Below the pieces are notes generated by a model. The model saw only the letters and a list, made by a program, of their open reading frames with translations, had not been told where the DNA came from and did not search any database. Shown here piece after piece: positions 47,568 through 57,492 of a stretch of DNA of 64,000 bases. Position 1 is the stretch's first letter, and each line of letters opens with the position of its first letter. Source of the stretch: Bacteroidales bacterium (GTDB taxonomy: Bacteria; Bacteroidota; Bacteroidia; Bacteroidales; VadinHA17); the NCBI GenBank assembly GCA_035390825.1, contig DAOOUQ010000024.1, positions 436 through 64,435 of the forward strand, given 5' to 3'. The position numbers were made by a program, and so were the translations under genes.

Positions 47568-48854
47568 ATGTCCATAGCGGCAGTTAATCTTCCTGAAGAA
47601 TGGGGAAGAGATAAGAACGTGGGATGGGTTTCGGATCTTGATGGTACCGGATTCTCATCACCGGTAGTGGTTGGTGACAAGGTATTTATTACTTCTGCAT
47701 TTCCCGAGAAGGCAAATCCTGTGCCCGAGCGGCCAATGGGTCCGCCTCCGCAGGGAGCCGGGGGGCCTCAGCCCGGTGGTCAGGCAGGTGCTCCTCAATC
47801 CATGCCGGGGCAGGGAGTCCCTCAACCTGTTCAGGGACCACCGGCTCCGGAAGTCCGTGATACAAGCTATATGAATGAGATCTACAGATGGGAGCTCATC
47901 TGTTTTGACCTTGCCAGTGGAAAGGAGAACTGGCGTAAGGTTGCTTATCATGGTGCTCCGAAGGCTGCTAAAAACCCAAACAGCACCTATGCATGTGAGA
48001 CGCCTGTAACCGATGGTAAAAGGATAATAGCATATTTCGGAATGAACGGGCTCTTCTGTTATGACCTTGAGGGCAAACTTCTCTGGCAGAAAGACCTTGG
48101 CGTTTATTACACTCAGAAAGGATGGGGGACAGGCTCTTCACCAGTGATTTACAATGGTGTTGTCTTTATCCAGTTTGATAATGAAGACAATTCGTCTTTG
48201 ATAGCTCTCGATTCTGAAACCGGAAATGAAAAATGGAGAATTGCGCGTGATGAAAAAACAACTTACAGTACTCCTTATATCTGGAAGAACAAAGTCAGGA
48301 CCGAGCTTATAACATGCGGAAAGACAGCCAGGTCATATGATCCCGAATCGGGGAAACTTCTTTGGGAGCTAAATGCCGGGGGAGAACAGGTCGTGCCGTC
48401 ACCCACAGGCAATGAAGAGCTTCTTTTTCTTGGCAATGCCGGGGGAAGGGATATAAAAAGCGTGCTCTTTGCAGTAAAAGCAGGAACTGAGGGTGAGGTA
48501 AAATGGAAAACGGAAGAATCAGGCCTTGGCAATCCCTCTCCACTATTGTATAAGGGATTACTTTACATTATTGGGAGCAGGGGTGAGATATCAGTTCTGG
48601 ATCCCTCCGACGGAAGCCTTAAATATCAGAAAAGGATAAGTGGCATTGCCAGCTGCTGGGCTTCTCCATGGGCTGTAAATGACAAAATATATTTTATTGA
48701 CGAAAAAGGGACCACACGTGTTTTTAAAGCCGGGAACACTTTTGAACAAACGGGTGAAAACAGCCTCGATGGGACCAGATTCTGGGCTTCTGTCGCTGTT
48801 ACCTCCGATTCTTATATTTTCAGGGCAGGAGATAAGCTTTACAGGGTCAAATAG
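47568..48854 (+). CDS. PQQ-like (BamB-family) beta-propeller repeat protein
   Basis: Repeated PQQ-like blade motifs, with a Pro/Gly/Gln-rich insertion at aa 51-94. The conserved family start DWNQFRGP lies upstream of the first ATG in the same frame. Confidence 0.85.
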   Translation: MSIAAVNLPEEWGRDKNVGWVSDLDGTGFSSPVVVGDKVFITSAFPEKANPVPERPMGPPPQGAGGPQPGGQAGAPQSMPGQGVPQPVQGPPAPEVRDTSYMNEIYRWELICFDLASGKENWRKVAYHGAPKAAKNPNSTYACETPVTDGKRIIAYFGMNGLFCYDLEGKLLWQKDLGVYYTQKGWGTGSSPVIYNGVVFIQFDNEDNSSLIALDSETGNEKWRIARDEKTTYSTPYIWKNKVRTELITCGKTARSYDPESGKLLWELNAGGEQVVPSPTGNEELLFLGNAGGRDIKSVLFAVKAGTEGEVKWKTEESGLGNPSPLLYKGLLYIIGSRGEISVLDPSDGSLKYQKRISGIASCWASPWAVNDKIYFIDEKGTTRVFKAGNTFEQTGENSLDGTRFWASVAVTSDSYIFRAGDKLYRVK

Positions 48855-48879
48855 AAAATTGGAAATAATCTGATATAAA

Positions 48880-49479
48880 GTGAAAAAACGTACATTCATC
48901 AAGTCAGGAATATTGGCAATGGGAGCAATGATGTTTACAAAAAAAGGATCATCACTTGAGTATTATCCAAGGCCTTCGGATAAAAAGTGGGCAGTGCTGT
49001 ACGCCACCTGGTGCGGGTCGGCAAGGGATGCAGGAGTTTGGATATCAGAAGGCATGGATGGCATTGCGAATGTCTTTGATGTCAGGGAAAACCCTGATCT
49101 TTCACATTACGATCATGTGATAATCGGCGGAGCGATCCGTGGGGGCAAAGTGTCGCAGGAACTTCAGAATTATATTGCCGGCAACAGGGATATCCTGAGA
49201 TCAAAGATCAGAGGCTGTTTTGCTGTCTGCGGCAACATGATGAAGCCTCCTACTGCCGAAACGGTAAAATTGCTTATTGATGATCACATAGCAGCACTGT
49301 GCGGAGTTGAGAATATGCCTTCCCGTGTTTTTTTGGGCAGGATTACTTACGGACTGATGGAGCCTGATGTCAGGAAACAGATGGAAGGATACAAGATGCC
49401 TGAATATGACAATCTTAAACGTTCAGAATGCATGGCTTTCGGAAAGGAAATACTGGCATCAGTAATTGCCAGGGGATGA
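48880..49479 (+). CDS. Flavodoxin-like domain protein with a Tat-like signal peptide
   Basis: GTG start; N-terminus KKRTFIKSGILAMGAMMF, then a flavodoxin-like core WAVLYATWCGSARDAG...HVIIGGAIRGGK. Confidence 0.7.
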   Translation: MKKRTFIKSGILAMGAMMFTKKGSSLEYYPRPSDKKWAVLYATWCGSARDAGVWISEGMDGIANVFDVRENPDLSHYDHVIIGGAIRGGKVSQELQNYIAGNRDILRSKIRGCFAVCGNMMKPPTAETVKLLIDDHIAALCGVENMPSRVFLGRITYGLMEPDVRKQMEGYKMPEYDNLKRSECMAFGKEILASVIARG

Positions 49480-49490
49480 AAGGGCAAGGA

Positions 49491-50720
49491 TTAATCCTTA
49501 ATGAGCTTGTAAAAATGTGTATTATTCTCCCCGATCCTCAGGATGTAGGTGCCAGGGCTCAGACCGGAAACATCTATCATCGATTCATCCGAATCGAGGG
49601 TTCCCGCCACAATAACCTGTCCTGTAAGGTTGATAAGGGCATAGGGTGAGGGAATCATGACAGGCAGACTTCTGATCTTTAGCAGATTGCGGACCGGAAC
49701 AGGAGATATAATATGTTCTCTTTCAGAGTCAGGGCAAGGAATTTTAAGACCGGCATAGTTACCCAGATAGGAGCTGAGATTGAAAATATGGATTTTCTGC
49801 GATACATTTATCAGAGGGGGAAATGAAAAATGTTCGTTTGTGGCATAATACTTAATGCCGTCGGATGATGCAATTCCTTCTATCTGATGTGAAGGAAGAT
49901 TTATTTCAAGTTTTCTTTTGTTGCCGCTGAAAAAATCGTTGCCTTCAAAATCGTAAAGAAGAAAAAAGAAAGGATCAAGGGTTCTGCTGTATCCTGTCAA
50001 TACAACAATACCTTTCGTTGCGACAAAGACCGAGCCGGTTATAAGGCCTTTTACATCATATTCTTCTTTCAGCCTGGCGATGTAAGTGCCGGGCACTTTC
50101 GGAAGAGAATACAAGCCGGTTTTCCTGCCGGTCCATTGTTTTGTAAAAAGGAAAACAGAGTCGTCAGTGACAATAAAGGCTTCACAGTCGTAATCGGTCT
50201 GATTGGCGTCTGCAGGTTCAAAATCGGTCTGGTCAGAATAAGAGAATCCTATCGTGTCGATGTCAGGGGATCCCGAGGTAAGGGAAGATTTACTGATCCT
50301 GAGGATTTTCAGGTCTTTCCGGTTTCCGTAGTTGTTGCCAAAGTCCCCGATGTAAACATATTCATTATCCTGGGAGATCTCTTCCCAGTCGATATTCTCA
50401 ACGTTGGCAAGCGGAACCGTGTTGACAATACTGCCCCGTACCGTATCGACAGAATAGATATTTGTATCCAGATTGTCATTGTGTGTCCACAGAAGATCAT
50501 TCCAGATAATGAGTCCGGATGTTTCTGCAAGCAGGCCCTGAAGGGGAAGTGAGGCCATGGGTTTTATATTTGCAGGGTTATACCGGCAGCTTCCGTCGTT
50601 TAATGTTGCTGAAGCATTATAGTTCAGGGCAAGCCTGTCGGTGCATCCTCTTATCTGACCACTGAGGGATGCTTTGGGGAGTAACAGGATCAAAAAAAGT
50701 GCAGGCCAGTACCTTGTCAT
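49491..50720 (-). CDS. T9SS C-terminal-sorting-domain secreted protein (beta-propeller-like body)
   Basis: The C-terminal segment ...IDVSGLSPGTYILRIGENNTHFYKLIKD is typical of the Por secretion tail. The signal peptide MTRYWPALFLILLL begins at ATG 50720, although the ORF track extends to 50870. N-terminal GCTD..ALNYN......NDGSC motif. Confidence 0.85.
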   Translation of the reverse strand: MTRYWPALFLILLLPKASLSGQIRGCTDRLALNYNASATLNDGSCRYNPANIKPMASLPLQGLLAETSGLIIWNDLLWTHNDNLDTNIYSVDTVRGSIVNTVPLANVENIDWEEISQDNEYVYIGDFGNNYGNRKDLKILRISKSSLTSGSPDIDTIGFSYSDQTDFEPADANQTDYDCEAFIVTDDSVFLFTKQWTGRKTGLYSLPKVPGTYIARLKEEYDVKGLITGSVFVATKGIVVLTGYSRTLDPFFFLLYDFEGNDFFSGNKRKLEINLPSHQIEGIASSDGIKYYATNEHFSFPPLINVSQKIHIFNLSSYLGNYAGLKIPCPDSEREHIISPVPVRNLLKIRSLPVMIPSPYALINLTGQVIVAGTLDSDESMIDVSGLSPGTYILRIGENNTHFYKLIKD

Positions 50721-50954
50721 CCGGGAATAGCAGTCGTTTAATGTTGAGAATCTAAAGTTATGAATATTATGAAATGGAAGATTTTTTTTGACATTCAGTT
50801 TGCTGAAAAATATAAAAACCGCAAAGTGCGCCATGTTTTCTGCCAGAGGCCCAAAGGAGATCATCTTCACGGCAATCCTTGCGTATCCGGCACAGAATCA
50901 GCGTTCTTCGCGGTTATTAATGTTTATTGCAGCTCTTTTACCTTTTAAATCTGG

Positions 50955-51758
50955 TCACTGGTTTCGTGTGAAGGTGAAAGAATATTGTCCGACACTTCCA
51001 AGAGCTTCCAGAGATATTTCAAAATGTATGGTATAGTTGCCTGTGCATGAGCTGTAAACGCCACTGCCTGCATACGAGATGGCACCATAGCCCCATGCCT
51101 CGGAAGCAATTGCTTTAAGCGGAGCTGTCACCCCATAGGTGGCAGGATCGATATACATGACGAGCGGGCCAAGATCTTCGACAAGCCCTTCTATCTCTTC
51201 AAGGCCCGATATATAGATCTTGTAAGGATTATCATTGTCAGCTGCAAGGGTTATGCTTCCGTCTGATCCCCAGTCGGGAGAAACACAGTGGTAGCTGCCA
51301 GTTGAAAGCGTTACATCATAGCCGCAGGCAACCGGTACCGACAGTACAGCCACAGATCGTGTGGTGATTCCGTTTGCCCGGGTCAGCAACTCAAAAGTGA
51401 AGATATCACCGTTTTCGACTTCGGCAGGCTGGAGCCCAAGCTTCTCAATGACATCCTTCGATTTTATCCTGACAGTAGCTGGAAAAGATGTAGCCTCGGT
51501 CATCACGATCCTTTCAAAGTTGTCGCGGAATGATGCAACCACTGTGATTTTATCGGGATCGGTTCCTTCCGGGACCGTTATTGTAAATTCAATATATGAA
51601 TTCTCAAGATCTTTTGAGTCAAAGACTCCCGGGTTCAGACCTGTTATCGCCGGCACTACAGCGACACCTCTTTTACCTGCCGGATCGGGCAGCTCTTCAC
51701 AGGCTGCAGCCAGTATCAGAAGGGTGAAAATGAGGCCTGTTATTTTTAAATTTATCAT
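50955..51758 (-). CDS. Surface lipoprotein of the SusC/SusD locus
   Basis: Lipoprotein signal LILAAAC; located directly downstream of the SusD-like gene. Confidence 0.7.
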   Translation of the reverse strand: MINLKITGLIFTLLILAAACEELPDPAGKRGVAVVPAITGLNPGVFDSKDLENSYIEFTITVPEGTDPDKITVVASFRDNFERIVMTEATSFPATVRIKSKDVIEKLGLQPAEVENGDIFTFELLTRANGITTRSVAVLSVPVACGYDVTLSTGSYHCVSPDWGSDGSITLAADNDNPYKIYISGLEEIEGLVEDLGPLVMYIDPATYGVTAPLKAIASEAWGYGAISYAGSGVYSSCTGNYTIHFEISLEALGSVGQYSFTFTRNQ

Positions 51759-51800
51759 CTTCGGAATTTTTAAAATGTTTATTTCTGCAACATGTAAAAC

Positions 51801-53249
51801 TTATCGCGTACCTCCAGCCCACCATACATTTTCAGTATAGACATACATGCCGTCACCATAAGCATTGCGGATATTGGCATTTGTGGTAACGTCGTCAGAG
51901 CCATATGAAAAACGGAGAGGGAATCGTGTGGAATTAAATGGATTTTCAAGATTTATAACATTGTTGCCCATGGCTTTCAGCCTCCTGTAATCGTTGTATG
52001 CTTCAATAGCTTCTTCTTCATAAAAAGCAATATATTTCTGGTTCATGACTTCAGACAGAGGATTCAGGTCGAATTTTGCCTTGACATTTGCTGTGAAATA
52101 AGCCTCTGCATCTCCGCTGGTAAGCCTGATATTTGCTTTCCGGAACGCTGCTGCTATTCCATTTTGCAAAGCCGATTCTGCAGCCGGGAGGTTGTTCAGG
52201 CGGACATAGGCTTCTGCCTTCAGGAACTCAATCTCATGGTAGCTGAGAAGATATGTCGGAGCGCTGACGGTACTTATTGCTGATATTGAGTAATATCCCT
52301 GGATCTGGTTAGCGGTGCCGTTGGGAGCGAATACAAGTTCGCCGCCAACGCCCGGATATGTTGTGAAGAAGATATCATCCCTTGGATCGTTCCTTTCAAC
52401 AAGCTTGTTGTGAAGACTCTGGCTGGCGCCATAATAATCACGATCCTGGAACATACTATAGAACGGGCTCTTGGTTGTATTCCCGTTATAATTGAACTGG
52501 GCCTGTTCTGCAGCCGAGGTAAATGACTGATCAGCAAAAGTGATAACATCGGCATATGCAGGAGCTTTGTGCGAAAGGCGCATAGTATAGCGGGCTTTCA
52601 GGCCATAGGCAAATTTCTTCCATTTATCGGTATTGCCACCATAGATGAGGTCCTGGCTTCCGAGTGACGGGAACACTGAACTTTTGCCAAGGTTGGCAAT
52701 TGCATCATCGAGAAGCTTGAAGATATCCTGATAGATATTCTGCTGTTTATCGAGAGCCGGAGTGAAAATTACTCCGGGCTGAACAGCTTCACTCCAGGGA
52801 ACATCACCCATTACGTCTGTAAGTGTTGCCAGATTGTATGCAGTAAGGATCTGGGCAATTCCCAGAGTATGGAAATTCCCCTCTTCGGATCCTCCTTCCG
52901 AACATTTTTCCCTTATGATCTTCAGACTGTACAGGTTCGCATATACTGAGTTCCATGTATTGTTATAGGTGGTGGAACTCGATGGTTGTGACGATCTTAT
53001 ATCGGCATTATAAAACTGGCCCCATGTGCCTGTGTTATGTTCTATGTATATCGAAGCATAGAAATTGAAGTCACCGCCTGCCACTGAAAATGCGGTCGAT
53101 GTCATGACATCTGTTATGATGAGCCGGCTTGCCATATCATTTGGATCATTTACATTCTCGTTTATGTCGTCCATAATCGATTCGGAACATGACCACAGCA
53201 ATGCAAGGGCCAGTATCGCGGCAATTAAAATATTAATCGGTTTTTTCAT
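51801..53249 (-). CDS. SusD/RagB family nutrient-binding outer-membrane lipoprotein
   Basis: Lipoprotein signal (LLWSC), ~480 aa of TPR-like helical content, immediately downstream of SusC. Confidence 0.88.
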   Translation of the reverse strand: MKKPINILIAAILALALLWSCSESIMDDINENVNDPNDMASRLIITDVMTSTAFSVAGGDFNFYASIYIEHNTGTWGQFYNADIRSSQPSSSTTYNNTWNSVYANLYSLKIIREKCSEGGSEEGNFHTLGIAQILTAYNLATLTDVMGDVPWSEAVQPGVIFTPALDKQQNIYQDIFKLLDDAIANLGKSSVFPSLGSQDLIYGGNTDKWKKFAYGLKARYTMRLSHKAPAYADVITFADQSFTSAAEQAQFNYNGNTTKSPFYSMFQDRDYYGASQSLHNKLVERNDPRDDIFFTTYPGVGGELVFAPNGTANQIQGYYSISAISTVSAPTYLLSYHEIEFLKAEAYVRLNNLPAAESALQNGIAAAFRKANIRLTSGDAEAYFTANVKAKFDLNPLSEVMNQKYIAFYEEEAIEAYNDYRRLKAMGNNVINLENPFNSTRFPLRFSYGSDDVTTNANIRNAYGDGMYVYTENVWWAGGTR

Positions 53250-53260
53250 GATCTTACAGA

Positions 53261-56200
53261 TTAAAAGGTTATATCAACATTGAACCCGAAGCTGGATACC
53301 TGAGGCACTGTAAACCTTTCAAATGATCCTCCCATGTTGGTATTTCCCTGGCTTGATTCAGGATCAAGGTTTGGAAGAGCTGTCCAGAGAAGGAGGTTCC
53401 TTGCAAATACGGAAACCCCCATATCAAGCTTTTTAAAAAGCTTTTCAGGTTTGTATTTAAGGGCCAACTCCCTGAGTTTCACGAATGAATTCTCGAAGAT
53501 ATAATATTCATCTATATTGGTAAGGACATTAGTGTGAAGGCTCTGCAATGCCAGCGGGTCATTGGGGCCTCCTCTCGCGATATCGTTAGGTGATCCGTCA
53601 GATTTAACGCCGTCGTATATAAATGTCGATTCACGGTCTTCTGTTCTTTTTGACAAACCGTAATAATCGAGCAGGCCATTGCTTCCTGAATACATTTCAC
53701 CTCCCTGCTTCCATTCGACAAGGGCATTAAGTGACCATCTCCTGTATGTGAACGTGGTACCTCCGCCCAGGATGAAATCGGGTGATACCTTACCTATGAC
53801 AGCAGGGCCTCCTGTTAACGGGAACCCGTAGTTAGGCGAAGCAGGATTGTCGTCAACGACAATTTTTCCTTCCTCGTTGCGAAGAAATGATTCACCATAA
53901 ATCACGGGATAAGTATCCCCGATCTGGGCTCTCACCTGGGGGGTTTCGAATCCTCCTATAAAAATACTCTCGACACCCGGTGCAAGGGCATCGACATAGT
54001 TGTCGATCTTTGAAAAATTGAAATTCATATCCCATTGGAAGCTCTTCGAGGCCACAGGCGTCATGTATAAGACAACCTCATGGCTCAGGGTATGTACTTT
54101 CCCGCCATTCATAAGCATCGACCTGATGCCGGTTGATCCGGCAAGAGGCACTGCAAAGATCTGGTCAACAACATTCTGACGTGAGAATGTATAATCAAAG
54201 CCAAAACGGTTCCGGAAGAATTTCAGTTCCGCACCTGCTTCGTACGACTTTGTATTTTGCGGTACAAGATTGGGGTCATACTGTATGTTATTGGGAATGT
54301 ACGAATTCACTCCCCCTATTGGATAAACGACAGGGGATCCTGTCCACCATCCGCCTGCATAACTCGGAGAAGTGAAATAATTCTTTATATAATTTCCTGC
54401 CTGACCGACTTCAGCATACGACAACCTGAGTTTTGCATAGGAAAGCCAGTTTATATTCTTAACGGCATCCAGTTCTGTTGCAACGAAGCTGACTGCAGCC
54501 GAGGGATAGAAGAATGACCTGTGGTTTGCAGGCATTGTTGAAACAATATCATTCCTTCCCGTAGCTGTAAGGAACAACAGTGATTTCCAGCTCAGCGAAA
54601 GACTTCCGAAGAAACCCACGGTACGGTTTTGATTTCTTGATTCGTTTGAAGTGACGATGTTTGCATTTCTAATATGAGCCCATCCTCCGAAGTTAAAATC
54701 CTCACCATGCTCCGAGTAGGTTTTGGTTTTGTTATGATCAAATTCATTGCCAATCAGAACGCTGAAATTCAGGCCATTGTTAAGATTCCAGTCGTAGTTT
54801 ACAGTCAGGAGTGAGTTGACAGTAAAAGAAGTAATGCCATAGTTATCAATCATCCCGGTGTTTCCGCCATGACCGTATTCAAATATGTCCTGGAAATTTG
54901 TCGTATATGAATCAGTACCCAGCTGATACCGTAGCTTGAGGTTCATTTTCTCGTTGATGCTGGTCTGATAGTTGACATAACCATTGCCAAAAAACCTGTC
55001 TGTCTTTTCGTTGAAAACAGTATGCTCGGCCGACCAGTATGGATTGTCCCAGCTTCCTCCGCGGTAATAGATCTGGGCATAGGGGTTGCCCGGAACGAAA
55101 TACGGATAATCTCTTAGATTATAACTTAAAGGAGCGCCGAGCACCCCGGCCAGTGCTGCATCGTTGGCTGTGGGAAGCTTGTCAATATCAGTCCTTGAGA
55201 AATTGGCGTTGAATCCCGAGGAGAAATTATCATTCAATTTTCTTTCAGCAGATGCCTTGCCGTTCCATCTATTCATGCCGGAGGCCAGTGCCACACCGCT
55301 TTGTGAAGTCTGGGTGAGGCCAAGTGAATAAGATCCTTTATCCATAGCCTGGCTTACATTTACATTGTTAGTCGCGGAATATCCTGTTCTGAAATACCTG
55401 TCCCAGTTATTGAATACCTGCGGTGTTACCCAGGCATCTTCAGCCAGGCCCTGTTCAAGCTGAGGCACAAGAAATTTTCCGGGATGGCCGTTGGCGTTTC
55501 CTCCATAAACCGGATCATCAGGCAAGTCAGCTATTTTAGGCCCCCACGATAAGGGTGAGTTTGGCACATAGGCTCCATTCACTCCCTGGGCGTAGGTGGT
55601 CTGATAATCAGGAGTGCGGGACACCTCTGAGAAAGCGCTTGTATGCGAAACTGAGATAACTGGTTTGCCGGGTACATTATCACGGCCGCTTTTTGTTGTT
55701 ATAAGAATAACACCATTTGATGCACGTATGCCGTATAATGCAGCTGCCGCCTGTCCTTTCAGAACGGTAATGCTTTCAATATCTGCAGGATTAAGGTCGA
55801 CAGCACGGTTTGAGATATCGGATCCCGTAACACCGTCGCCGCGGAGTGAAAAATCTCCATTCGTACCCGACTGGATGTCGGCTGTTGAAGCCACGGGCAT
55901 GCCGTCGACAACATAAAGAGGTGTGTTGTTGCCGGTAAAGGAACGTGCACCGCGGATGACAATTTGTGATGATGCCCCGGGCATACCGCTCGAGGGTTTG
56001 ATATCGATCCCCGACAGCTTGCCCTGTATTGCTCCGGCGAGATCAGTATTCCCGGTACGCTCGATCATGTCATTCTTTACATCCTGGACCGAATATCCCA
56101 CGGCCTTCTTTTCGCGCGACACACCAAGAGCGGTTACTACAACCTCATCGAGCCCTAGCACATCAGATTCAAGAACTACATCAATTACCGACCGGTTCCC

Positions 56201-56458
56201 TATCTCAACCTCCTGTTTTTTCATACCGATATACGAAAAAACAAGTGTTGTGGCATTAACCGGGACTGCAAGCGTGTATTTTCCGTTCAAATCGGTGACA
56301 ATCCCGATTGTCGTCCCCTTCACTGAAACGGAAACCCCGGGCAATGCTCCCTCCCCCTCAACAGCAGAGGTAACAGTACCCGTTACTGTTTTTTGCTGGG
56401 CCCTTGCCGAAAGCACAAGGCCGCAAAAAACCAAAAACATCAGGAGAAGTTTTCTCAT
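53261..56458 (-). CDS. SusC/RagA family TonB-dependent outer-membrane transporter
   Basis: N-terminal carboxypeptidase-regulatory-like domain (VTGTVTS...PGVSVSVKGTTIGIVTDLNGKYTL), a plug domain, 1065 aa and a C-terminal ...NVDITF. Confidence 0.95.
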   Translation of the reverse strand: MRKLLLMFLVFCGLVLSARAQQKTVTGTVTSAVEGEGALPGVSVSVKGTTIGIVTDLNGKYTLAVPVNATTLVFSYIGMKKQEVEIGNRSVIDVVLESDVLGLDEVVVTALGVSREKKAVGYSVQDVKNDMIERTGNTDLAGAIQGKLSGIDIKPSSGMPGASSQIVIRGARSFTGNNTPLYVVDGMPVASTADIQSGTNGDFSLRGDGVTGSDISNRAVDLNPADIESITVLKGQAAAALYGIRASNGVILITTKSGRDNVPGKPVISVSHTSAFSEVSRTPDYQTTYAQGVNGAYVPNSPLSWGPKIADLPDDPVYGGNANGHPGKFLVPQLEQGLAEDAWVTPQVFNNWDRYFRTGYSATNNVNVSQAMDKGSYSLGLTQTSQSGVALASGMNRWNGKASAERKLNDNFSSGFNANFSRTDIDKLPTANDAALAGVLGAPLSYNLRDYPYFVPGNPYAQIYYRGGSWDNPYWSAEHTVFNEKTDRFFGNGYVNYQTSINEKMNLKLRYQLGTDSYTTNFQDIFEYGHGGNTGMIDNYGITSFTVNSLLTVNYDWNLNNGLNFSVLIGNEFDHNKTKTYSEHGEDFNFGGWAHIRNANIVTSNESRNQNRTVGFFGSLSLSWKSLLFLTATGRNDIVSTMPANHRSFFYPSAAVSFVATELDAVKNINWLSYAKLRLSYAEVGQAGNYIKNYFTSPSYAGGWWTGSPVVYPIGGVNSYIPNNIQYDPNLVPQNTKSYEAGAELKFFRNRFGFDYTFSRQNVVDQIFAVPLAGSTGIRSMLMNGGKVHTLSHEVVLYMTPVASKSFQWDMNFNFSKIDNYVDALAPGVESIFIGGFETPQVRAQIGDTYPVIYGESFLRNEEGKIVVDDNPASPNYGFPLTGGPAVIGKVSPDFILGGGTTFTYRRWSLNALVEWKQGGEMYSGSNGLLDYYGLSKRTEDRESTFIYDGVKSDGSPNDIARGGPNDPLALQSLHTNVLTNIDEYYIFENSFVKLRELALKYKPEKLFKKLDMGVSVFARNLLLWTALPNLDPESSQGNTNMGGSFERFTVPQVSSFGFNVDITF

Positions 56459-56698
56459 AGCTTTTAGTTTAGTTTAATAATAAAGATTCAAGGAATTTGG
56501 CGATTCCTTTTACTGTCCTGTGTTGAGGGCACGCCTCTTCACGATTATAAAAATAATTACAGTAAGATTTGCCTCATACAGGGAATTTACGGATTGCACA
56601 TCCCGGTTTATAAATGACATACCGGGATTTCCGTACGGAATTGAATAACTAAAATGCTTTCAGTTTCAGGCTGTACCGGAAAAAGGAGTTTGGGTGTC

Positions 56699-57427
56699 TT
56701 ACCGGATTATATCCAGGAGTTCCACCTCGAAGATCAGGGTTGAAAATGGTCTGATTACATCTCCTGCACCCCTTGAACCATAACCGAGTTTTTCAGGGAT
56801 ATAAAAGATAAATTTTGATCCGACAGGCATAAGCTGAAGCCCCTCTGTCCAGCCTGGTATGACTCCTCCCAGAGGAAACTGGGCGGGAGAATTTCTCTTA
56901 TATGAGGAATCAAACTCAGTCCCGTCGATGAGCTTTCCCGTATAGTTGACTTTTACTACGTTGTCACTGGCCGGCTTCGGGCCTGTTCCCATTGTCACAA
57001 CTTCATACTGAAGCCCGGAAGGGGTCACTTTTATCCCGGGTTTCTCCTTGTTTTTTGCAAGGAAAGATTCATTTGCTTCTATGTAATCCTTGCTGGCAGC
57101 CCTCTCAAGTTCAGCCTGACGTGCCTGTCTTTCATTGACGTAGGCCATAAGGATGTTCCTGGCAGATTCTTCTGACAATATGGCATTCCCCTTTTTTGCT
57201 TCGATCATGGCCTTTGCAAAGATCAGTGGATTGATGCTAACGTTTTCCTGTGCCAACGAGCTGTAATTCATAAGGGCCAGCGCATAGGAGAGGGAGTCTT
57301 CTTTTGTGACAATCGGTAGATTTGATATCCTGTCGGTGAGTTCTGATGATTCCTGTGCAGTAAGTATTGCTGAAAATGCCGTAATAATGATTACCGGCAG
57401 TATGAACTTCATTGTTTTCATGTCCAT
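56699..57427 (-). CDS. FKBP-type peptidyl-prolyl cis-trans isomerase (Mip/FkpA-like, secreted)
   Basis: VKVNYTGKLIDGTEFDSSY...GVIPGWTEGLQLMPVGSKF..IP..LGYG...IPP-like FKBP core, a signal peptide and an N-terminal helical domain. Confidence 0.93.
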   Translation of the reverse strand: MDMKTMKFILPVIIITAFSAILTAQESSELTDRISNLPIVTKEDSLSYALALMNYSSLAQENVSINPLIFAKAMIEAKKGNAILSEESARNILMAYVNERQARQAELERAASKDYIEANESFLAKNKEKPGIKVTPSGLQYEVVTMGTGPKPASDNVVKVNYTGKLIDGTEFDSSYKRNSPAQFPLGGVIPGWTEGLQLMPVGSKFIFYIPEKLGYGSRGAGDVIRPFSTLIFEVELLDIIR

Positions 57428-57440
57428 CCATGATAAAATA

Positions 57441-57472
57441 TTGCCCGAAGATATTCAAATAATTTAAATTTG
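57441..57472 (+). promoter_or_regulatory. Bacteroidota-type promoter (aTTG, 21-nt spacer, -7 TAaaTTTG) for MBL-OsmC-M28 genes
   Basis: TTG at 57441-57443 and taaatttg at 57465-57472, 21 nt upstream of the ATG at 57493. Confidence 0.45.
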
Positions 57473-57492
57473 TTTAACTGAAATCACAAGGA

